From positions 1 through 35,224 of the forward strand of contig CAZKIN010000009.1 of assembly GCA_964552515.1 (NCBI GenBank): DNA of 35,224 nucleotides, in the 5' to 3' direction. This document shows positions 8,605 to 15,296 of the stretch, piece after piece (the first letter of the stretch is position 1; the number at the start of each line of letters is the position of its first letter). The notes under the pieces are model-generated. The model was not told where the DNA came from. It ran no database searches and saw nothing but the letters and a program-made list of their open reading frames with translations. The stretch is from an uncultured Phycisphaeraceae bacterium. GTDB taxonomy: Bacteria > Planctomycetota > Phycisphaerae > UBA1845. The translations under genes and the position numbers were made by a program.

Positions 8605-10849
8605 CTTCGTCCTCCCGGTCGCCCAGTGCGCTCAGTTCGATGCCCGCGTAAATGTCTCCATCGTTGTCGTTCGATTCCGATTCCAAATCCGAGAGTTGAA
8701 TGCCCGCATAGCCGTCGCCGGCCGCGTCGATCGAGTTGACGGAAAAGGGAAGCGATTCGGGTTCATCGCCGCCGCCGGCCAGGTCGACCAGTGAAACGTT
8801 CGCGTACACATCGTCTTCCGGCGGCACCTCGAACCTCGTTTGCGGGGCCGTCGAAACGCCTTCGAAACCGGTTCGAACGGGCACAATCGTCGGCTGGAAA
8901 TCGCTCTTGCCGTCCGTGCCGGTAGCGCGAAGCTGCTGCTCAGTGCGCATCGCCGCTTCATTGGCATGAGCGATGGCCGTGCGCTTGCGCTGCCGCGCAC
9001 TGCGCTCGGCCTGCTTGCCGATCTTCTGCTCGCGGGCCTTGACGGCGAAGCTTTCGCGGAGGGTCTGTCCGGTGACACCGGGGCGTATCCGTTCGTTCGC
9101 CTGCAGGCGGCCGAGCGGGCGCTTGGTTCCCACTTCAAACGCGAAACAGTGATCGGGCTGCGCTTCGTCGAATTTCACCAGCACCTTGCGCCCGCGAAGC
9201 CCACGTAGCGCGGGATGCGTGCCGCCATAGGTCACCGCGCCCTTGCCCAGGGTTATGCGCACGCCGTTGGGCCCCACGGTGTATTCCCCGCGAATGCCCA
9301 TGAGCAGCAGCAGCGCGTCCTTGTCCGCCTTGCGCGTGCGTTCCCGGCGATCCCACACTTCCTGTGGACTGCAGCCCAGCGACGAATGCCGCTGTGCGTG
9401 GTAGCGCTGGATGTAAGCTGCAATGCGCGTCTCGGCCTGCTCCATAGTGGGCAGGTCCTCGCGCTCACGAATCTCCTGCAGCGATTCCGGCCGTGCGATG
9501 GGGTTGTGGCCGCAGTAGCTGATGAAGGTCTTGTCGCACTGCTCGTGATAGGTGCCGAACCAGCGCTCCACCAGGCCCTTGCTCCAGGGCGCATAGGGGA
9601 TCGCGTAGATCAACTGGATGCCCAGTTCCGGTACCACGCCTCGCCAGCAGGGATCATCGCACGACTGCATGTTCTCGGCGGCCCACTCGACCTTATTCCA
9701 GTTTTCGCCGTGCTGGCGCTGCAATTCGCGGCGCTGCATCTTGGTGAGGCCGGTCAACGTCTTGCTGGTGAAATCCTTGCCGTTGTCGATGCGCAAGAAA
9801 TCGGGAATGCACTCGGCGAAGGCCATGCGCATCGCGGCGAGAATCGCGTCCTGGTGCGGCGCGGGGCCGAGGTGCCAGCCGACGATACACCGCGAGCGGC
9901 AATCCAGGATGGCGGTGAGCCAGGGGCGAATCTGCTTGCCGTCGTGTTCCACGAAGAAATCGCAATTGGTGTGGTCGGTGACATACCACTGGCCCGCGCC
10001 CACGGCATCCCAATCCATTTCGCGATACGGCATGAACTTTTGCGTCCAGGCCTTGTGACCTTCGCGCATCAAAAGGGTGAGCGCGAGATCGTCATACTTT
10101 TCCAGCCAGGCACGCGTGGCCGCTTCCGACGCCGGCCAACTCCAGCCCTCTTCCGCAGCTTTGGCGAGTGTCAGGCGATGGCACCCGGAAATGCTCTCAC
10201 CGCCCTCGACGTGGTAATTCTCATAAAAGAAAGTGATCGCGGCGGCGCTGCGCGTGGTGATCGAACCATCCCCGGTTCCCGATCCGTCGCCGCCTTTGTA
10301 TTTAGGTACCAGCGCCCGAATGCCGCCGCCCTGGCGGAACTTCTTTTTCCATTCCTTGAGCGTGCTGACCGAAACCTTCAGCTTCGGATCGCTTACGGCA
10401 AATTCGGCGATGACCACTTTCGCCAGGTCGGCGGCGGTGGGCACCTTGCCGACGAGGCGCATGTGCTGCGGCGCTGCGGCGCGACCGCTGCACAACTGCA
10501 GCCAGCGATCCAAAGCGGCGAACGATCGATACGCGCGGTGCGCGGCGCTGATGCCGAACTCCGATTCCAGCGAGGCCTGCATGCCCGCGGTGGTGGGTGA
10601 GCCGATCAGGAGTGCCTTGTGCGCGTCAGTCCGAACATACCACTGCGACTTGCCGCCACCGGCCATGCCGGGTTGTAATTCGGGCCGGCGTTTTTCGGCG
10701 CGGCCAAAGCGTGCCCAGTATTTCTTGCACGAACGCTGGACACTGCGCGGCTCGACACCCATCCGGCGCGCGGCTTCCTCGGCGGTCAGCCATTCCAGGC
10801 CGGCAGCCGGCGCAGTAGAAACCTCGGATTGTCGCAGGGCTTGCGGCAT
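8588..10849 (-). CDS. Mu-type DDE transposase (MuA-like)
   Basis: DDE/rve core: WYVTDHTNCDFFV (D), FLRIDNGKDFTS (D), YAPWSKGLVERWF (E). It has N-terminal HTH-like DNA-binding regions and an acidic C-terminus. Confidence 0.9.
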   Translation of the reverse strand: MPQALRQSEVSTAPAAGLEWLTAEEAARRMGVEPRSVQRSCKKYWARFGRAEKRRPELQPGMAGGGKSQWYVRTDAHKALLIGSPTTAGMQASLESEFGISAAHRAYRSFAALDRWLQLCSGRAAAPQHMRLVGKVPTAADLAKVVIAEFAVSDPKLKVSVSTLKEWKKKFRQGGGIRALVPKYKGGDGSGTGDGSITTRSAAAITFFYENYHVEGGESISGCHRLTLAKAAEEGWSWPASEAATRAWLEKYDDLALTLLMREGHKAWTQKFMPYREMDWDAVGAGQWYVTDHTNCDFFVEHDGKQIRPWLTAILDCRSRCIVGWHLGPAPHQDAILAAMRMAFAECIPDFLRIDNGKDFTSKTLTGLTKMQRRELQRQHGENWNKVEWAAENMQSCDDPCWRGVVPELGIQLIYAIPYAPWSKGLVERWFGTYHEQCDKTFISYCGHNPIARPESLQEIREREDLPTMEQAETRIAAYIQRYHAQRHSSLGCSPQEVWDRRERTRKADKDALLLLMGIRGEYTVGPNGVRITLGKGAVTYGGTHPALRGLRGRKVLVKFDEAQPDHCFAFEVGTKRPLGRLQANERIRPGVTGQTLRESFAVKAREQKIGKQAERSARQRKRTAIAHANEAAMRTEQQLRATGTDGKSDFQPTIVPVRTGFEGVSTAPQTRFEVPPEDDVYANVSLVDLAGGGDEPESLPFSVNSIDAAGDGYAGIQLSDLESESNDNDGDIYAGIELSALGDREDEDDLLG

Positions 10850-10850
10850 C

Positions 10851-11117
10851 TTAGGCGGCGACCTCCTGGGGTGCGTCTGCGTTCTGCGCCTTGCGCATGT
10901 TGGACACTTCGCGGCGGTAGGCGACTGGATTGTCGCGTTTGGTCAGGTCCGCCATGAGTCGAATCTTCCACTCATGGCCATCGCGATCGTCCAGTGACAC
11001 GATGATGCGATTGCAGAATTCGCAGTGCACATAGACGACGCGAGAATCACTATTGAGCATTTGTTCCACCACGTTTTCGCGTGGCAATTCGCTGTTGCAA
11101 ACCGTGCATCCTTGCAT
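10851..11117 (-). CDS. small zinc-ribbon protein just upstream of the transposase gene
   Basis: ATG at 11117 is preceded by GGAGGGAGG. It has CTVC...CEFC cysteine pairs. Its stop lies 1 nt from the transposase start. Confidence 0.5.
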   Translation of the reverse strand: MQGCTVCNSELPRENVVEQMLNSDSRVVYVHCEFCNRIIVSLDDRDGHEWKIRLMADLTKRDNPVAYRREVSNMRKAQNADAPQEVAA

Positions 11118-11147
11118 GACTGACCTCCCTCCAAGCAAAATCAATTC

Positions 11148-11393
11148 CTATGCCACTTCCGAAAGACGATTCGTGGGGACCTGGTTGCGCGCGTTGCACT
11201 GGCACACCGGACACAGTTCGGTGAGCTGGACGCTGAGGAGCTCAAGCTCCGTGCCCCGCACCAGGCAGGCCCCGTGCGCCTTGTGCCGGCCGCACTTGCA
11301 GGAAGGCGTACCGCGCGACGTGCCGTCCATCAGGACGCACAGACCGTAGCCCAGCAGCAACATCACGATGCCAAACAGGATAGGATCAATCAC
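11148..11393 (-). CDS. small Cys-rich membrane protein
   Basis: An N-terminal TM segment ILFGIVMLLLGYGLCVL is followed by CKCG...CPVCQC. Confidence 0.4.
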   Translation of the reverse strand: MIDPILFGIVMLLLGYGLCVLMDGTSRGTPSCKCGRHKAHGACLVRGTELELLSVQLTELCPVCQCNARNQVPTNRLSEVA

Positions 11394-11911
11394 GTCTTGC
11401 TCGCTTTCTCGGCGCGTCGCCGTTTGACTTCCAAGGTCATGTGCGCCAGGCGGGTCTGCAGCTGTGAAACCTTCTGGCAGAATTCCTCGATATGCACGTC
11501 GTCGGCGTCGTCGATCTTGCCGTCGCCTTCAATGGCCGCGAGGGTCTTGATCGCGCCGCCCAGGTCTTCCAGGAGAACGCCAGTCTGCTGGCACAAGTGC
11601 GGGAAGTCATTGGGGCGCTGGGCGGGGTTGTACCAATAGGCCACCCAGTTGGTGCCTTCCATCAGCAGGTTGAGAATAGGCGAAGCGATCTGGTTGCCGA
11701 TGGCGAAGTTGGTGGCAAGTGCCGGCTCGATGCCCCGGAGAATTTCGTTGAAGACGCCGACGAAGTCGACGCGGTCGCGGGTGCAGATGTCGCTGATGTA
11801 GGTGGCGTGACGGTGCAGCCGGTGTGCGACATGCTTGGAGCAGACGAGCTGCTTGGCCAGGCAGATTTCGTGCAGCAATTCCTGCGAGCGATTCATGGTT
11901 TCGTGGGCCAT
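11390..11911 (-). CDS. hypothetical protein (173 aa), first gene of the transposition operon
   Basis: The ATG at 11911 (MAHETMNRS) is preferred over the ORF-track start at 11974. The C-terminus is a basic coiled coil. No family recognised. Confidence 0.5.
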   Translation of the reverse strand: MAHETMNRSQELLHEICLAKQLVCSKHVAHRLHRHATYISDICTRDRVDFVGVFNEILRGIEPALATNFAIGNQIASPILNLLMEGTNWVAYWYNPAQRPNDFPHLCQQTGVLLEDLGGAIKTLAAIEGDGKIDDADDVHIEEFCQKVSQLQTRLAHMTLEVKRRRAEKASKT

Positions 11912-11988
11912 CCGTGGCACCCTTCTTACTGAAAACTCGCGGCGGCCATCGGTAGCATGCCAGCCGCGCGTCACCTAAGTTCTAGTTC

Positions 11989-12138
11989 ATGAGCAAACGG
12001 GAAAAAGTCCTTACCTGGCTTTGCCTTTTTTTGTTCGCCGCCCTGGCGGGGGCGCTGGCGGTTGCGTGGCAATGGCTCGGCGGCGACGGGAGCGATCCGG
12101 AAACGTTTGACACGCTACGCCGCATGAGATTGCCCTGA
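11989..12138 (+). CDS. possible 49-aa membrane mini-protein (speculative)
   Basis: ATG 11989 to TGA 12136-12138 encodes MSKREKVLTWLCLFLFAALAGALAVAWQWLGG... It is below the ORF-track length cutoff and runs opposite to its neighbours. Confidence 0.2.
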   Translation: MSKREKVLTWLCLFLFAALAGALAVAWQWLGGDGSDPETFDTLRRMRLP

Positions 12139-12383
12139 AAAAAAGAGTCCGCTTCCTTGCGGGCGCGGTACTGCCCGCATTGCGGGGTTGATTCAAAGTT
12201 GCCCGGCGGGCGAGGAAGCAAGGCTGGATCAGGGCGACGCGGACATCATGATCTACGGGAGTGCAATTACGCTCCCGGTAGGGCACACGCCCCGTCCACG
12301 CCGCACAATCCCTGTCTCCTCGCCCGCGCGGGGCGCAACCAACATCTGCCGCCAAGTCCACCTTGGCAGCGTGAAGAAAATCG

Positions 12384-12572
12384 TCAGCGCCGCTTGTGGC
12401 GCTTGTCGTGAATACTCGTGGCCGTCCACAAGGAACGGGCATAGTCATTGATGGCGCGCGTCACGTGCTCCGGGTCCTGGTCCTTGATGGTGAAACTGAC
12501 GGACTTCCCAGAGTCGCGATGACGTTCGTCCTGAATCGTGATGGCGACAGAAATCGCCTTGGCGTATGCCAC
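12384..12572 (-). CDS. small beta-beta-alpha protein, paralog of the upstream mini-gene (GTG start inferred)
   Basis: The translation is AYAKAISVAITIQDERHRDSGKSVSFTIKDQDPEHVTRAINDYARSL... The GTG at 12572 lies 2 nt after the stop of the upstream gene. Alternatively this is the frameshifted C-terminal half of one gene. Confidence 0.4.
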   Translation of the reverse strand: MAYAKAISVAITIQDERHRDSGKSVSFTIKDQDPEHVTRAINDYARSLWTATSIHDKRHKRR

Positions 12573-12574
12573 GA

Positions 12575-12739
12575 TCAGCCCGCCTTTCGCTGCAAATCCC
12601 GAACTGCGTTGACGACGAGGGTGATGATCCGAGGGGCAGTCAGATTGGAACTGCGAATGGTGATCGTCTTGGACGTGCCCTTCTGGCCATCCCGGACGGT
12701 CACATAAAAGGATCGATCCCGCGTCGTTGTCGTGCTCAT
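12575..12739 (-). CDS. small beta-beta-alpha protein (54 aa) in the Ner/Cro-equivalent position
   Basis: ATG at 12739 gives MSTTTTRDRSFYVTVRDGQKGTSKTITIRSSNLTAPRIITLVVNAVRDLQRKAG. It is the first ORF leftward of the divergent control region. Confidence 0.4.
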   Translation of the reverse strand: MSTTTTRDRSFYVTVRDGQKGTSKTITIRSSNLTAPRIITLVVNAVRDLQRKAG

Positions 12740-12751
12740 TATGTGCCAAAT

Positions 12752-12773
12752 GTACCACTGGTGCCAATGGTAC
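12752..12773. promoter_or_regulatory. operator-like palindrome in the divergent control region
   Basis: GTACCACTGG-TG-CCAATGGTAC has 9 of 10 arm positions complementary. It overlaps direct repeats GTGCCAAATGTACC (12743-12756) and GTGCCAATGGTACG (12761-12774). On the minus strand it lies between TTGCGT and TACATT hexamers spaced 17 nt apart. Confidence 0.45.
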
Positions 12774-12812
12774 GCAAGTGGATTTTGTAAAAAAATTTGC
12801 AAAGCTACTCAA

Positions 12813-13181
12813 ATGGCTGGAAAACCCCGAAAGCCCAGAGTGATGCTGAACCTCGAACCAGACGTTTACCGCTGGTTTAGAGATATAGAACTTCGCGCGG
12901 GGTTATCCAAGAGCATGCTGGGCACAGCTGCAATTTGCGCGCTGCGAGCCCTGAGCGCTCCGGGGCGAGATGCAATGGTCCAGTGGGCTAAGTTGCTTGA
13001 AGACGAGCGTGCGACTTGGACGGGGTTCGAGGAGGCTTGCGAACAAACAGCGAAGGAACGGGAACAAGCCTTAAACCGGGCCTTGGAACGGGCACTGCAT
13101 AGTGAATTAGAAGAATATCGCGAACCGCAGGTAGTGCGCGTTCAGGAAGTTCCTCTAAAAGTGAAGCCAGTTCGGAAGTAG
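12813..13181 (+). CDS. ribbon-helix-helix (CopG/Arc-like) regulator, candidate prophage repressor
   Basis: ATG at 12813. The N-terminus KPRVMLNLEPDVYRWFRDIELRAGLSKSMLGTAAICALRAL fits a strand-helix-helix pattern. It is transcribed divergently from the early arm. Confidence 0.55.
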   Translation: MAGKPRKPRVMLNLEPDVYRWFRDIELRAGLSKSMLGTAAICALRALSAPGRDAMVQWAKLLEDERATWTGFEEACEQTAKEREQALNRALERALHSELEEYREPQVVRVQEVPLKVKPVRK

Positions 13182-13387
13182 CGAGCGTTCGCTCAGTAAT
13201 GGGCTCGCGGTGTAGTGCGAACATGTTTTGGCCTCCATGTTTTTTGAAAATGTGAAAAGCTGGGCGGCGATCTCCTTATCGCACGATTCCTTGGCCACGC
13301 CCAGCAATTCAGAGTTGGCAACCTCACCCACCCGTGAGATTCCAAATAATGTACGGATTAGGTTAGGTACTGTCAAGGGGGAAGAAA

Positions 13388-14539
13388 ATGGTTTCACAAG
13401 TCATTACTAGCACAGGATTTGCGCTCGCGTGCCTCGCGGGAGTCGCTCCAGACGTGAACGGCGACGGATGCGTGGACCTAATGGATTTTGCGGAACTGCA
13501 GAATGCAATGATAGGCCCGAACTGTCAGGAGCCCGACATCTTCATGGAAATGGTCAGCATACCGGGAGGTGGCGCAGGTCCAGATTACACATTTGAGATC
13601 GGGAAATTTGAAGTCACAAATAAGCAGTTCGCAACATTCCTCAATAGTGCTCACCTGGATGGAGGTGCATCGAGGCGTGGAAGCTACATGTTTTTTCACG
13701 GAGTCGGCGAAGTGCAGACACTTAATGGGGAAACCATGTTTGCGCCGCATAGTTTATATGGCGAATCGAAGATTGGGTTTGCACCAGCGGCGCCAATCGG
13801 ACTCCGATATCAAGTGTTGTCCGGTTACGAAGAGTTTCCCGTCATAGGGCTGACTTGGGTCGGGGCTGCAAAATTCTGCAATTGGCTGACTATCGATCAA
13901 GGGTTTACAGATTCAGACTTATGCTTCGTGGAAGGAGCGTCATTCTTGGAGTGGCGGCCCGCAACCATACAAGGCGACGCGTGGCCGGTGCGCGATTTAG
14001 ATGCTTCAGAGCGGCAAGCCCTCATTAGCAATTTCACGGGATTTCGCTTGCCCATGCAGAATATCGAGTGGGGTGTGAGCGGAGTACTGCCGAACTCATT
14101 TGGTGAATGGTACAAGGCTGCAGCATACGATCCTTTGGCTCCTGATTATGTCCGAGTGGGTGCATTGCACGAGACCATACCACCGAGTCACTGGGGATTC
14201 GGCTATGGTCGCGACACGGTTTCACCTGGTGATGCAAATTACGCCGGAAACTTCGATCCGTTTGAAGCCGGTGCGGCCCCTGTCGGATACTTTGATGGTG
14301 TCAATTGGTTGGCAGGACAGAGCGCGAGAACCAATTTCAATCAGAACGCCTATGGCATTTACGACATGAGTGGGAATGTCTTAGAACTGCTGCTTGACCG
14401 ACTGGGATATCAGAGCAATGGCTACGTCGGTGGTTCGTGGGAGTCAACGCCGTCCCACCTCTCGTTGGCGGTCTATAAGCCGTATGCTCCAACGAGCTAC
14501 GGGAACGCAGTTGGTTTTCGAGTCGTAAGAATTCCTTGA
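13388..14539 (+). CDS. FGE-sulfatase/SUMF1-fold domain protein with an N-terminal dockerin-like Ca-binding repeat
   Basis: Motifs GLTWVGAAKFCNWLT, GFRLP, YGIYDMSGNVLELLLD, GGSWES and terminal GFRVVR. The N-terminus carries DVNGDGCVDLMDFAELQN. The SD is GGGGGAAG. The gene is visibly AT-richer than its flanks. Confidence 0.85.
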   Translation: MVSQVITSTGFALACLAGVAPDVNGDGCVDLMDFAELQNAMIGPNCQEPDIFMEMVSIPGGGAGPDYTFEIGKFEVTNKQFATFLNSAHLDGGASRRGSYMFFHGVGEVQTLNGETMFAPHSLYGESKIGFAPAAPIGLRYQVLSGYEEFPVIGLTWVGAAKFCNWLTIDQGFTDSDLCFVEGASFLEWRPATIQGDAWPVRDLDASERQALISNFTGFRLPMQNIEWGVSGVLPNSFGEWYKAAAYDPLAPDYVRVGALHETIPPSHWGFGYGRDTVSPGDANYAGNFDPFEAGAAPVGYFDGVNWLAGQSARTNFNQNAYGIYDMSGNVLELLLDRLGYQSNGYVGGSWESTPSHLSLAVYKPYAPTSYGNAVGFRVVRIP

Positions 14540-14549
14540 AATTTTTTGC

Positions 14550-14577
14550 TTGACAACTTCCTGACACATGATCTAAT
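14550..14577 (+). promoter_or_regulatory. sigma70-type promoter candidate (TTGACA, 16-nt spacer, extended -10 TGaTCTAAT)
   Basis: TTGACA at 14550-14555, TG at 14569-14570 and TCTAAT at 14572-14577, with an A/T-rich stretch AAATTTTTT upstream. Confidence 0.4.
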
Positions 14578-14655
14578 CCCCGGCTGACAACTTAGCCGCG
14601 AGTGAAGACGCGGTGCGAACCAACATCGAATTGCAAGGACAGGAACGGAAATACA

Positions 14656-14676
14656 GGCGTAAGGCGTAAGGCGTAA
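14656..14676 (+). repeat. tandem heptamer GGCGTAA x3
   Basis: Read directly at 14656-14662, 14663-14669 and 14670-14676. A further AGGCGTAAG lies at 14787-14795. Confidence 0.9.
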
Positions 14677-14701
14677 GCCCAAAGCTGGACGCAGGAGTTT
14701 T

Positions 14702-14755
14702 CAGACCGGTCCCTCAATTGCCTAAGCGGGGCGATTGAGGGACCGGTCTGTTTTT
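14702..14755 (+). terminator. strong rho-independent terminator
   Basis: A perfect 17-bp stem CAGACCGGTCCCTCAAT (14702-14718) pairs with ATTGAGGGACCGGTCTG (14734-14750) and is followed by TTTTT at 14751-14755. Confidence 0.85.
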
Positions 14756-14944
14756 GCGCGCCCAGCCACGGCAGGCATACGGCGGCAGGCGTAAGTCGAG
14801 AGGTCAAGGATGACCAGCAACCAAGCTACTTTCCAAGTCCGGCAGGGACTGAACCCCCACGCCGGAACCTCCGATGACGCGGGGACCGCGCGGGAGAGCG
14901 TAATTCACTCTCCCGCGCGCCCGTCATACACCCACACAACCTAT

Positions 14945-15017
14945 TGCGGAGTGGCGCAGCGGCAAGCGCGAGGGGCTCATATCCCCGTGGTCGCGGGTTC
15001 GAGTCCCGCCTCCGCTA
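14945..15017 (+). tRNA. tRNA with CAT anticodon (Met; initiator-like features), no encoded CCA
   Basis: Cloverleaf folded by hand. The acceptor is TGCGGAG/CTCCGCT with a T1:T72 mismatch. U8 is present. The D stem is GCGC/GCGC. The anticodon stem is AGGGG/CCCCG with loop CTCATAT. The T arm is GCGGG-TTCGAGT-CCCGC and the discriminator is A. Confidence 0.8.
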
Positions 15018-15185
15018 GTTCACGAGGAAGCCACGCAGGGGAAGAAAAAAACAATAACCCACGCACCGCGATAGCCCCCGGCGGATGCGATACCCATCGC
15101 GGGGCGCACGCGCGGACGGATGCCGAGAAGCCCGCGCCCGTTGTGCGGCAGTCACGGACGACTGGCCGCAGTCCGGAATTCAGCC

Positions 15186-15217
15186 GTGCCACAGATGGAG
15201 TGTCAAATAAGTGGCAC
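15186..15217. promoter_or_regulatory. GTGCCAC...GTGGCAC inverted pair (18-nt spacer)
   Basis: GTGCCAC at 15186-15192 and GTGGCAC at 15211-15217. Confidence 0.35.
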
Positions 15218-15254
15218 GATAGAAATAGCAAGTCTCAAAATCAAAGTGTCGGAA

Positions 15255-15271
15255 GTGCCACGGAATGGCAC
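15255..15271. promoter_or_regulatory. 17-bp dyad GTGCCAC-GGA-ATGGCAC upstream of the first late gene
   Basis: Read directly. It lies 26 nt upstream of the ATG at 15297. Confidence 0.4.
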
Positions 15272-15296
15272 GCGTGTTAAGCGAAAGGAAAAAGCC

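Larger units (their letters stand above)
14585..14755 (+). ncRNA. candidate ORF-less transcript of about 170 nt, bounded by a promoter and a terminator
   Basis: No plausible ORF lies between the promoter candidate and the strong terminator. It contains hairpins CGGCT/AGCCG and CCGCG/CGCGG and the tandem repeat GGCGTAA x3. Confidence 0.3.

Noticed and set aside
11982-12451. ORFs of 79-145 aa on both strands in the 11975-12383 gap
   Set aside because: They are low-complexity Arg/Pro/Ala-rich translations that overlap each other in several frames. None has a convincing start context.
12565-12585. Programmed -1 ribosomal frameshift joining the two mini-genes
   Set aside because: The junction CGAAAGG lacks a canonical X XXY YYZ slippery heptamer, because only the A-site AAG to AAA shift would re-pair. 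I also saw no obvious downstream stimulatory structure. It is kept only as an alternative in the finding.
13388-14539. The FGE-fold gene as the variable protein of a diversity-generating retroelement
   Set aside because: No reverse transcriptase ORF is present in the window. I found no template repeat resembling the 3' end of the gene (14390-14539) in the adjacent non-coding DNA.
14497-14807. Minus-strand ORFs of 61 and 71 aa across the candidate sRNA and terminator
   Set aside because: They run through the 17-bp terminator stem and the tandem heptamers, have no SD, and look non-coding.
14945-15017. The tRNA as an integration (att) site dividing two separate islands
   Set aside because: No integrase is present on either side. 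Both flanks carry complementary halves of a Mu-like phage, with the transposition genes to the left and the Mu-type head genes to the right. A single transposable prophage carrying its own tRNA is therefore more parsimonious.
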